From Klebsiella phage KP13-2, in the sequence record OP617742.1: a stretch of 48,789 nt of DNA. One strand, written 5' to 3'. Every line of letters begins with the position of its first letter. Position 1 is the stretch's first letter. The position numbers and the translations under genes are program-made. Positions 9,130 to 17,341 of this stretch are shown piece by piece. Below the pieces are notes generated by a model. The model worked only from the letters and a program-made list of their open reading frames with translations. It did not search any database and had not been told where the DNA came from.

Positions 9130-9159
9130 TACCACATCAACCAATCAGGAGCTAACGCC

Positions 9160-9396
9160 ATGAACACCAAAACCATTGCCGACACCATCAAGATCGCACA
9201 AGTTAAGCCGCGCATTGTATCGCGCCACCTGATTAACCTTTCTCGCCTGTGCATGGCCGACTACGTGGCGAAGCCTTTAGAGAATGGCCTTGATGGTGAA
9301 ATCGGCGCAATCTACTTCCGCGCCGCGCACGGCATCGAAGAAATTCACATGTATGAGCAGATGGCGGAATGCTTCTGCATTTATGGTGACGAATAA
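9160..9396 (+). CDS. Hypothetical protein
   Basis: MNTKTIADTIKIAQVKPRIVSRHLINL..., preceded by CCAATCAGGAG ribosome-binding leader. Confidence 0.6.
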   Translation: MNTKTIADTIKIAQVKPRIVSRHLINLSRLCMADYVAKPLENGLDGEIGAIYFRAAHGIEEIHMYEQMAECFCIYGDE

Positions 9397-9644
9397 TGAT
9401 TGTAGAATCTGGCCGCGCTGCCGTCTGGCAGCATGCCAAAGAGGCTGGCATTAGTGACGATATCGTAATGATCGCAAAGCATTTCGATATCAAGGATATC
9501 TCCATTGTGTTCAATGGGAAATTTACATATCTTCACGAACGCCCAATAAAGCGCACGCGTATAGCGGTTGCTACGCGGGCAGAGGCCGACGCGCTGAAGA
9601 TGTTCATTCACGAATCTAAGCAGACCAAAAAATATTACAAGTAG
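9396..9644 (+). CDS. Hypothetical protein
   Basis: Stop/start overlap with the upstream gene. Confidence 0.55.
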   Translation: MIVESGRAAVWQHAKEAGISDDIVMIAKHFDIKDISIVFNGKFTYLHERPIKRTRIAVATRAEADALKMFIHESKQTKKYYK

Positions 9645-9739
9645 CGGGAGTGTTGAGAATGCGATATATTGCGATCTTCTTTACTGCGATCCTATTCACG
9701 ATCGCAATCATGAACTACGCAATTAAATTAGGATAAATT

Positions 9740-10870
9740 ATGTTACCGAAAATCACAGACGAAGAATTTTTGTCCGCACGCGAGGAGGGCAAAACCTACC
9801 GCGAGATCGCCGAAGAGTTCGGAATGAACATCCGAAGCGTTGAACGTCGCGGCGTTCGCCTGGCACGACAAGGCCACCTTCACGGAAACAGCCACGTTGC
9901 GAAGCATATCCCGGACGGCTTCGGCGTCAAAGGCACATCAACCATGATTCGCGCCAATGGCGAAGAGGTCGTGCGGTGGGTCAAGTCGGAAGTAGACCGC
10001 GATCGCATGATCGCTTTGATGGAGGCGGCGCAGGCGTCTTTCTGCGAAGACCTTCCGCGAGTCGAGCCGCAACCGCTTGATGAATTGAAGTTCTACATTG
10101 AAGATCAGCTTGCCCTGTACCCGATCTTCGACCTGCATATTGGGGCAATGGCGCATAAGCATGAATGCGGCGAGAACTATGATACAAGCACGGCAGAGAA
10201 GGTTCTAAACCGCTTCTTTGATTATTCCGTTTCGGTGGCTCCGCAATCACAAAAGGCTGTTTTGTTGGTCGGCGGTGACTTCCTTCACAGTGACGGACTG
10301 GACGCAGTAACCCCGGCAAGCGGTCACGTTCTCGATCAGGATAGCCGATACGCAAAACTTGTTTATGTTGCCATCCGCTCGCTGCGTCGCGCAGTGTCGC
10401 TACTTCTTGACAATCATGCGGAAGTTGAAGTGCAGGTGATTGAAGGCAACCACGACCAGGCCGGGATGATTTGGCTACGCGCAGCGCTGGCGGCGTTCTA
10501 TGAGAATGAACCTCGCGTTTTTGTTGATGTTAGTCCGGCTATCCTGCATCGCACCTTGTGGGGCAAGACCATGCTGGGCTATACGCATGGCCACACGATG
10601 AAAAAGCCGGAAACGCGCCTTGCTGCGATGGCTACCGACTTCCGCAAGGAGTTCGGACAGTGCGACTACATTTACACGCATTCCGGCCACTGGCATCACC
10701 AGACTGTAACGGAACACTCGTTAGGCATTGACGAAGTGCATGGCCAGTTAGGCGCAAAAGATGCCTACGCAGCACGCGGCGGATGGCGATCATATCGGCA
10801 GGCTGCGGTGATTCTGTACAGCAAAGAATATGGCGAAGTAGGTCGCTTTATCTATCGCCCGAACATGTAA
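9740..10870 (+). CDS. Calcineurin-like metallophosphoesterase with N-terminal HTH
   Basis: FDLHIGAMAHK...VLLVGGDFLHSD...VIEGNHDQ...GHTHG-like GYTHGHT...THSGHWHH; N-terminus EGKTYREIAEEFGMNIRSVERRGVR resembles HTH. Confidence 0.85.
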   Translation: MLPKITDEEFLSAREEGKTYREIAEEFGMNIRSVERRGVRLARQGHLHGNSHVAKHIPDGFGVKGTSTMIRANGEEVVRWVKSEVDRDRMIALMEAAQASFCEDLPRVEPQPLDELKFYIEDQLALYPIFDLHIGAMAHKHECGENYDTSTAEKVLNRFFDYSVSVAPQSQKAVLLVGGDFLHSDGLDAVTPASGHVLDQDSRYAKLVYVAIRSLRRAVSLLLDNHAEVEVQVIEGNHDQAGMIWLRAALAAFYENEPRVFVDVSPAILHRTLWGKTMLGYTHGHTMKKPETRLAAMATDFRKEFGQCDYIYTHSGHWHHQTVTEHSLGIDEVHGQLGAKDAYAARGGWRSYRQAAVILYSKEYGEVGRFIYRPNM

Positions 10871-10908
10871 CCACGACGGCCCCGCGAGGGGCCAATAAGG
10901 AAAAACCA

Positions 10909-11403
10909 ATGAACAAAAAGTGTATCTGTATTTTCGATCTCGATGGCACGCTTTCCGACGGAACCCACCGCTTGCACCTGCTGCCGAAAAAAGATCTCCA
11001 CCTAACCGAAAGCTGGACGGCGTTCAATATGGCGGCTGGCGGTGACGCTCCCATTACGGACACGATCCGGGTAATGAAGGCCATGCGCGCAGCCGGATTT
11101 ATCGTCATCATCCTGACCGGGCGAAGTGATGAGGCACGCGAGATCACTGAAAAATGGCTGGTGCAAAATGGCGCATCGCATTACGACCTGCTGATTATGC
11201 GTTCAGCCTCTGACAACCGGAAAGATACGGTTATCAAAGAGGAAATTTTACGCAAGATTGGCATTGAGCGAATCGTTGCGGCGTGGGATGATAGCCCCAC
11301 TGTTATTGCGCACTTCCGTAGCTTGGGTATCACAACTTACCAGGTCTGCGACTACGGCGAAAACCTTCACGACCATCTGAAATCTCATGGAGTAGACAAA
11401 TGA
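10909..11403 (+). CDS. HAD-family phosphatase (polynucleotide 3'-phosphatase-like)
   Basis: CIFDLDGTLSDGTHR motif, IILTGRSDEAREITEKWL, AAWDDSPTVIAHF; ATG 10909 follows the upstream CDS. Confidence 0.8.
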   Translation: MNKKCICIFDLDGTLSDGTHRLHLLPKKDLHLTESWTAFNMAAGGDAPITDTIRVMKAMRAAGFIVIILTGRSDEAREITEKWLVQNGASHYDLLIMRSASDNRKDTVIKEEILRKIGIERIVAAWDDSPTVIAHFRSLGITTYQVCDYGENLHDHLKSHGVDK

Positions 11404-11981
11404 AAAATGTAATTATCCTCAACGGAGCGCCGGGCATCGGAAAGGACACTATCGCGGAAATCATCTCGCGGAAGTGGCAATACAAGAACCTTAGCTTCAA
11501 ACAGCCGATGTTTGCCATTGCTCGTGCTGTGCTGGGGTCGGCTGATTTTGCACGCTTTACTGCCCGATACCACGACCGCAAGCACAAAGAAGTGAAATGC
11601 GATTTTTTGGGCGACCGTTCTCCGCGTGAATTCATGATTCACATTAGCGAAAATTTCGTCAAGCCGACCCTGGGCAAAAATCAGTTCGGCAAGTTGCTTT
11701 GCGATTCGGCGCTAACTTCGCCGTTTAACTGCATCGTCAGCGACGGCGGTTTTGATGAGGAGGTCGAGCACGTCGCAGCGCATGAGGCGCTTAACGTATT
11801 TGTCGTCCGCCTTCATCGTGACGGCATGACATTTGAGGGTGATAGCCGCAAGCATATTCGACGCACGGATCTTATTTGCGACACTTACCATGAACTCGAT
11901 TTTGATATGACCACTGGCGAGCCGGAAGACGACGCGCAAAAAATCCTTGATATGGTGTCAGATGTTGCATTAAAATTATAA
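11400..11981 (+). CDS. P-loop deoxynucleoside monophosphate kinase-like protein
   Basis: IILNGAPGIGKDTIAEII Walker A; FLGDRSPREFMIHISE. Confidence 0.75.
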   Translation: MKNVIILNGAPGIGKDTIAEIISRKWQYKNLSFKQPMFAIARAVLGSADFARFTARYHDRKHKEVKCDFLGDRSPREFMIHISENFVKPTLGKNQFGKLLCDSALTSPFNCIVSDGGFDEEVEHVAAHEALNVFVVRLHRDGMTFEGDSRKHIRRTDLICDTYHELDFDMTTGEPEDDAQKILDMVSDVALKL

Positions 11982-12015
11982 AGTTAATGCCTTTATTATC
12001 ATCACCTTAACTATT

Positions 12016-12042
12016 GGGAACCTTGATTGGTTCCCTTTTTTT
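12016..12042 (+). terminator. Rho-independent terminator upstream of the lysis cassette
   Basis: GGGAACC-TTGATT-GGTTCCC-TTTTTTT. Confidence 0.85.
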
Positions 12043-12106
12043 GTTCTTAATTTGGCCTAATGCATATATCATCACCTTACCATTTAACTAACAGAGGTTG
12101 CATATC

Positions 12107-12322
12107 ATGCGAGAATTCATTAGCGCGGCAACCAATAGCAGCGGTGGCGTTGCCCTCGCGGGATCTGCAACCGGGCAATTAATCATTGCTGCCATTGGCT
12201 TATTTTTCATGATTCTATTCGGCTCATTCGGCGCGTGGTTGCGCTGGCGAGATTCAAAGGCGCTTCGTGAAGCGCTGGAAGCCGGGGATATCAAAACGGC
12301 GGTGAAGATCAGGAGTAAATAA
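12107..12322 (+). CDS. Holin-like small membrane protein
   Basis: [14 protein letters not shown]...[30 protein letters not shown]: hydrophobic segment, immediately upstream of the endolysin. Confidence 0.65.
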   Translation: MREFISAATNSSGGVALAGSATGQLIIAAIGLFFMILFGSFGAWLRWRDSKALREALEAGDIKTAVKIRSK

Positions 12323-12323
12323 C

Positions 12324-12806
12324 ATGGGGATTAAAACGCGGGTTACATTCGCGGCGGCGGTGGCGATCGCGGTCGCGTTCCTCCCCGAAGTGGAGGACAC
12401 GAAATACAATGTTTATATGGATATCGCTGGCGTCCCAACTGTATGCGAAGGCATCACAGGCCCGGACGTTATCAAGGGGAAAACCTATACCCGGTCAGAG
12501 TGCGACGCGCTTTTAACCAAGCATATCCAGGTGGCGAAGCGAACCGTTGACAGCAAAATCAAAGTCGATGTTCCGGACACCTTCAGGGCGTCGATGTACA
12601 GCTTTACGTTCAACGCTGGCGGCGGCGCATATTCTGGCAGCACCATGCTGAAATTAACGAACCAGGGCCGATTGCGCGAGGCGTGCGAGCAGCTATATCG
12701 CTGGACGTACTACCGCAACCCGAAAACGGGAAAGATGGAGAAGTCAAAAGGCTTGCATAATCGCCGGGTTCAGGAATATAAACTATGCATTAAGGATCTG
12801 AAATGA
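12324..12806 (+). CDS. Endolysin (phage 21 R-like lysozyme, glycoside hydrolase 24-like), probable signal-anchor-release type
   Basis: Weakly hydrophobic Ala-rich N-terminus; [23 protein letters not shown] retains the E..D..T catalytic spacing. Confidence 0.88.
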   Translation: MGIKTRVTFAAAVAIAVAFLPEVEDTKYNVYMDIAGVPTVCEGITGPDVIKGKTYTRSECDALLTKHIQVAKRTVDSKIKVDVPDTFRASMYSFTFNAGGGAYSGSTMLKLTNQGRLREACEQLYRWTYYRNPKTGKMEKSKGLHNRRVQEYKLCIKDLK

Positions 12807-13228
12807 GCACATTAAACTTTCAACGAGCGCTGGCCATCGGCTTTATCGTGTGGGCGGCTGCCGTTGTTTCCGGTTGCGCCTCCAGCGTCCCGATCCTTTC
12901 CGATCTGGTTGGTAGCAAGCCGGATATGACGGCGCAAGTCGGCGCGGAGAACGTGAAACAGGCGGTTGGCGTGACCAACAAAACGGACACGTCGAGCAAG
13001 CAGGAGACCACGTTTAAGGAGTCGGCGGTGGGTAAGGTTGACACGTCGAACAAGAAATCTGTAACGACCTCCAGCATTCACGCCAACCAGATTACGGCGG
13101 ACAAGATCGAGATCCGGAATGATGAAAGCGGAAGCCTGATTCCGTGGCTGATTGGTGGCGTTGGGGTAGTAATGCTGGCGATCGGGGTGTTCGGTCTTTG
13201 GCGGGAACGAAAAAACAAAGGGGCGTAA
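12803..13228 (+). CDS. Candidate unimolecular spanin (lipobox plus C-terminal TM)
   Basis: Lipobox VSGC near residue 25 and C-terminal [22 protein letters not shown] helix; overlaps the endolysin stop; no Rz/Rz1 pair seen. Confidence 0.6.
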   Translation: MSTLNFQRALAIGFIVWAAAVVSGCASSVPILSDLVGSKPDMTAQVGAENVKQAVGVTNKTDTSSKQETTFKESAVGKVDTSNKKSVTTSSIHANQITADKIEIRNDESGSLIPWLIGGVGVVMLAIGVFGLWRERKNKGA

Positions 13229-13240
13229 TGCCCCTTTTTT
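13211..13240. terminator. Bidirectional terminator between convergent operons
   Basis: AAAAAAC-AAA-GGGGC-GTAAT-GCCCC-TTTTTT. Confidence 0.8.
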
Positions 13241-13457
13241 ATATGTACCGCTTGACGTGCAATAGCGCTACTCCGTCTTCATCGTTAAGCCCATGCTCAA
13301 CCGTGTTGGTTGCGGCCATTCCTTGATAGAGCAAGATGAGCGCGGCACGCAAGTAATTTTCTGGTGTGATCTGTTTCACACAAACAAGCCTGTGAACCTC
13401 CGTTATCAGATCTTCCACCTGGTTTCCCGAAAAGCTGTTCATCACTGAGTTGGTCAA
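13239..13457 (-). CDS. Hypothetical protein or frameshifted C-terminus of the 13761 ORF
   Basis: QVEDLITEVHRLVCVKQITPENYLRAALILLYQG looks protein-like; ends at the shared terminator. Confidence 0.45.
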   Translation of the reverse strand: MTNSVMNSFSGNQVEDLITEVHRLVCVKQITPENYLRAALILLYQGMAATNTVEHGLNDEDGVALLHVKRYI

Positions 13458-13761
13458 GGTGCATCATCTCCCACATATATCGGTTATCCATCCCTTCGAA
13501 CGACCGAAAATCAAAACCTATCTCCCTGTTATCCGGCCCCGTACACCACACAGCGCCGTTTTTTCCGTCAAGGTATCCATTCGTATAGCTTCGCGCTAAA
13601 AACTCCTTAGAGACCATTGAGGCGAACATACGTTGCGACACGTTGGCGGCTTTTGCCAGGCGAGGCGCTTCGCGGTGCATATAGACGAACTTCGCAAAAT
13701 CCTGCCGGGTGAACTCCCGGCGAGATTCGCAGAACTTGTAAATGTCAAGAATGAACATCAA
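13297..13761 (-). CDS. Hypothetical protein
   Basis: Follows the DUF3987-like gene directly; the last ~45 residues look low quality (see findings). Confidence 0.55.
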   Translation of the reverse strand: MMFILDIYKFCESRREFTRQDFAKFVYMHREAPRLAKAANVSQRMFASMVSKEFLARSYTNGYLDGKNGAVWCTGPDNREIGFDFRSFEGMDNRYMWEMMHLDQLSDEQLFGKPGGRSDNGGSQACLCETDHTRKLLACRAHLALSRNGRNQHG

Positions 13762-15330
13762 TTACCTCATGAACGACGGGTTGATAAAGACTTCGGAATC
13801 CATCACGCAGATAAAGCCTAATTCCTCCATCTTCGGCAATAAGCGTTCCTTAATCTTTTTGCTCACCCCTGCCTGGCCTTTGAAGATCTTCAGGTTGCGG
13901 CAGGCGTTATAAATGCCCTGGACGGTCATAACACCTTTTGCCTGTTTGCAACGACTGGCGATAACGTCATACAGCGCTTTAATTTCCGCGCCCTCACCAG
14001 CAAAGCCGGAAGAGTCAGCAGATGACAGGTAAGTTTTGCTCAACTCATGGAACATGATGATCGCTTCGTCAATGGTTGCCGTGTCGATCTTCTTCGAACG
14101 CTTACCGCCGGGTTGCCAGTTCCGGATCGTGTGGATTACCGACGCCAGACGCATAACCTGCTTATCAAACTTACCCATCGCACCGCGAAGCATTGTATGC
14201 GAATACTTGCCGCCGTCGCCTAGCTCCGGTTCTAATTCCTGGCGTGCCTTATTCAGTCTCCGCATTGCCGCGTCAGTAACCTGCAACTTAATGTTCGACT
14301 CGCTCATAATGTCATGAATCAGCCGGAAGTAATCCGCCTTCAGTGACTGATCGATCGGCTCATAGGTCGAATTCCCGTTTTCGTCGATAAACACGCGCTC
14401 ACCCAAACGGGTTTGCTCACGAACCAAAAGGAAACGCTCCGAGACACCGATCCCGCGAGAACCAGCCTGCATAATGGCGTCGATGGTTTCATCCTGGGCA
14501 ATTACGCAAATACAGCCCAAAGCCACGAATGACATATTATTGCTAACGTCGGCACGAGCGATCGATACGTGGCCTTTATCCCATGCTTTGAGCACCAGTT
14601 CGCTGTTCGTCTTCTTGCCGCCATCGTTGCCATACGTGATCCCCAAAAGGCTGTTAACCGCAGTCGCCTCATCGGAAATAACGGCAAAGTTTCCCTGGCG
14701 GTTGTTAATCTTCGCCAGACCTTCCGGGGTGGTATCGGATACCGGGAAAGTTAGATCACATAATTTTTCAAGTTTCTCTTCCAGTTCGTCACGATCTTCG
14801 AAAAGTTTCACCATATCGGATTGCGATAACTCCCCTTTTAGCGCCTGCTTGTTGGCGGACAGCTTCGCCATGATTTTCTTACGCTCTTTCTTGCGCGACT
14901 CGTTAATGCGCTCGACTTCGGCGACGATCGGATCGATGGCCAGCGAGTTAATGGCAGACTTACCAGCGGAAGGCGGCTGCGACGTGATAACGTAAAGCGT
15001 TGTAGGTTGCTCGCTGCCGTGGTACTCGACCCAAAAGCGACCCATCATCGCGGCGGATACGGTTCCGAGAAAGTGCATGTAAGCGGATGATTCCGGGAAC
15101 TGAACAGATCGGGCGGCATTTAGCGCCAGCTTGCCGACCACATCGTAATCATTTGCGATCGAGATTGTTGGGTATTTATCCGCGTTTACGTCGATATCTT
15201 TGGGCTTTGGCCAGAATGAAACGGAGTCACGATACCCATTCGCACGAATCGCAACGCGCAGGGGACTGATCCCCTCCCTTTCTGCGATGGCGATAATATC
15301 TTGCGGTGATACGCGGTCATTTAAAAACAT
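13762..15330 (-). CDS. DUF3987-like ATPase/helicase-type replication protein
   Basis: YVITSQPPSAGKSAINSLAIDPI (Walker A-like), ...NFAVISDEATAVNSLLG..., DUF3987-like organisation. Confidence 0.75.
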   Translation of the reverse strand: MFLNDRVSPQDIIAIAEREGISPLRVAIRANGYRDSVSFWPKPKDIDVNADKYPTISIANDYDVVGKLALNAARSVQFPESSAYMHFLGTVSAAMMGRFWVEYHGSEQPTTLYVITSQPPSAGKSAINSLAIDPIVAEVERINESRKKERKKIMAKLSANKQALKGELSQSDMVKLFEDRDELEEKLEKLCDLTFPVSDTTPEGLAKINNRQGNFAVISDEATAVNSLLGITYGNDGGKKTNSELVLKAWDKGHVSIARADVSNNMSFVALGCICVIAQDETIDAIMQAGSRGIGVSERFLLVREQTRLGERVFIDENGNSTYEPIDQSLKADYFRLIHDIMSESNIKLQVTDAAMRRLNKARQELEPELGDGGKYSHTMLRGAMGKFDKQVMRLASVIHTIRNWQPGGKRSKKIDTATIDEAIIMFHELSKTYLSSADSSGFAGEGAEIKALYDVIASRCKQAKGVMTVQGIYNACRNLKIFKGQAGVSKKIKERLLPKMEELGFICVMDSEVFINPSFMR

Positions 15331-15455
15331 GCCCTTGCTCCTGATTGGTTAATCGTTCGGCTAATCATATGCCGTATTAAATCCGAGATCCAGTGATAAT
15401 CTAAACACGCTCGAAAAACGCGCTTGGATTATCGGGGCGCATGGCCCCGAACAAG

Positions 15456-15893
15456 TCACAGGTATTTAGCTTCGAAAGTCGTTCCGTCCGATACACTGAA
15501 GCCCACTTCCTCGCGGTACAGCGTCCAGCGGCATCCGTCACGGTCGAAGATGTATCCAGCAACCGCACCGAGCGCACGACCGCTTTCAACCTGGTAGCGC
15601 TTGCCGACGCTGAAGGATTTTTTCATCGGGTTGCTATGGTCAAGGCCGACGCATTTTAGCGTTTTGGTTTTGAGTTCGATGAACGTTGCAACCGCCGCTC
15701 CGCCGTCGCCAGCAATAAACAACTCGCCGCTAACGCCTACAGACAAAATAACTCGCTTCTTCTTCAGTTCTACGCTGTCATATACCATCATTGACACGTT
15801 GCCTTCATCGTCGACGCGGGCGGAATAAAGGTTGTTTTCATGGATGTTAACGGCACGGCTTGACGTGCATTTAATCTTGATTGACTTCGCCAT
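15456..15893 (-). CDS. Hypothetical protein
   Basis: Continuous frame abutting the next gene. Confidence 0.55.
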   Translation of the reverse strand: MAKSIKIKCTSSRAVNIHENNLYSARVDDEGNVSMMVYDSVELKKKRVILSVGVSGELFIAGDGGAAVATFIELKTKTLKCVGLDHSNPMKKSFSVGKRYQVESGRALGAVAGYIFDRDGCRWTLYREEVGFSVSDGTTFEAKYL

Positions 15894-16076
15894 TTATTTT
15901 CTTTCTCCCATCTCGATATACAGGTTAACCAGATCCAGAAAGTCAGCTTTATTTCTGCAACTCAATTTAAAGCCAACGTGCGACTCAATTTTATTTTGCA
16001 TCGCAGCCAGGGTTGCTCCGCCATTATTCATCCTGAGAACTTCGCGGCATACTTCGGTGAGCTTTTTCGATATCAT
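15894..16076 (-). CDS. Hypothetical protein
   Basis: MISKKLTEVCREVLRMNNGG...; start chosen at the internal Met overlapping the next ORF's stop; track start is 16109. Confidence 0.5.
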   Translation of the reverse strand: MISKKLTEVCREVLRMNNGGATLAAMQNKIESHVGFKLSCRNKADFLDLVNLYIEMGERK

Positions 16077-16276
16077 TTTTTCACCACCTTTATTTCCATG
16101 CCTTCGCAAGCGGCCTTGATATCATTAATCAGCCGATTAAGCCTTAAATCAGTCATTACATGGTGATGACGAACATCAATAATCCCGGCAACGACTAACA
16201 GCATGACGGCAAAGATAAAACCACCAGGCCCGGACATACACAAAATAGTTAACATCATCAAGATAATAAATTTCAT
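16073..16276 (-). CDS. Small membrane protein
   Basis: MKFIILMMLTILCMSGPGGFIFAVMLLVVAGI hydrophobic N-terminus. Confidence 0.55.
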   Translation of the reverse strand: MKFIILMMLTILCMSGPGGFIFAVMLLVVAGIIDVRHHHVMTDLRLNRLINDIKAACEGMEIKVVKK

Positions 16277-16308
16277 TTCCGTTTACTCCGTTGCGTTTCT
16301 ATGGGGTA

Positions 16309-16351
16309 ATGCTACCCGACTTTCGCCGGGTAGTTTTAGCAATTCGTGCTA
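16309..16351 (-). promoter_or_regulatory. Composite promoter (minus strand)
   Basis: TAGCACGAATTGCTAAAAC (16351..16333), TAGCAT at 16314..16309 (+37). Confidence 0.7.
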
Positions 16352-17041
16352 TTCTCGATAATTCGCCTGGAACACGGCGCGGGCAAAACCTCGCGGAGTA
16401 ATGGAGCGCAGCATTTTAGTCCTTTCTGACCTTCCGCCCAAAAACTTCCATGCCCAAAAGAAATTCACGCCTTCCACTCCGTCCGGCGGAGGTAGCCGTT
16501 TCGGTTCGACAAAACCGTTTCCGTGCCATATGCACGTTTTCTTCGTGTAATTGTCACAGTGTGGCATTTTTGGATGCCACACAGGTTCGTTCGGAGAAAC
16601 ATAGCCGCCGAAGTCGCGCGGGTGAAAATAGAAGTCAGGCTTGCGCCATAGTGACGACAATTTTCCAACCGGGTTTTCGACCATCCAGGGGCAACCATAC
16701 TTATTGCCTAATTGCTCGACCATCTTCGCATCATCTGCGGCTGATAGAACGTCATTATCTTGCCTTACGTGCTTGATTCCGCTATGCGCTAACAGCGTGC
16801 ATGACGGGAACGCGAAAATGAAGTCAGGATCGGGAATGCCGAGAATCGATCGCTTCACGTCAAAATCCTTGTCGATCCAAATGTTAACATACTGGATATT
16901 GGGGTGAACCATTCTAATGCTATATTCTCCGTGGTCGCCGGAGTCGGCATTGAAGCAATACACCTTGCATCCCTTGATGGCCCACGGCAGGCCCATGATT
17001 CCGGAGCCGTCGAACATGCAGTAAATAACCTTGTCTTTCAT
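16349..17041 (-). CDS. Cytosine DNA methyltransferase-like protein (divergent)
   Basis: MFDGSGIMGLPWA..., PDFIFAFPSCTLLAHSG (motif IV-like), CPWMVENPVGKL (ENV/ENP motif). Track start is 17050. Confidence 0.6.
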   Translation of the reverse strand: MKDKVIYCMFDGSGIMGLPWAIKGCKVYCFNADSGDHGEYSIRMVHPNIQYVNIWIDKDFDVKRSILGIPDPDFIFAFPSCTLLAHSGIKHVRQDNDVLSAADDAKMVEQLGNKYGCPWMVENPVGKLSSLWRKPDFYFHPRDFGGYVSPNEPVWHPKMPHCDNYTKKTCIWHGNGFVEPKRLPPPDGVEGVNFFWAWKFLGGRSERTKMLRSITPRGFARAVFQANYRE

Positions 17042-17265
17042 GCTTTCCACGCCTCAATGAACATTCTGTTCGATTCCAGCGTCAGCGTGACGCCAGCCAG
17101 GGAGGACTGAATGAGGCGACCGCCCGGAACCGTACCGATGATGTAGCGGCCTTTCGACTTCGTGATCGTGATCTGAGTGAAGCCGGAGGCGCGGTTCATG
17201 CGGAGAACGACGCGGCCATGCGCGTTCAGGACGGCGAGAATGGAATCAGTCTTCGGATGGTTCAT
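17038..17265 (-). CDS. Hypothetical protein
   Basis: Start/stop overlap with the downstream gene. Confidence 0.5.
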   Translation of the reverse strand: MNHPKTDSILAVLNAHGRVVLRMNRASGFTQITITKSKGRYIIGTVPGGRLIQSSLAGVTLTLESNRMFIEAWKA

Positions 17266-17296
17266 TGTGTAGCTCCTTCGTTTTGTTGGTGTTGGG

Positions 17297-17341
17297 ATAG
17301 TGTGCCACTATCCCGCCATGTTGTTTTAGCAATTCGTGCTA
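17297..17341 (-). promoter_or_regulatory. Composite promoter (minus strand) with near-perfect palindrome over the -10
   Basis: TAGCACGAATTGCTAAAAC (17341..17323); GGGATAGTG-GCA-CACTATCCC at 17314..17294. Confidence 0.75.

Noticed and set aside
14474-14995. 173-aa Ser-rich plus-strand ORF
   Set aside because: Antisense to the DUF3987-like gene; composition typical of a shadow frame.
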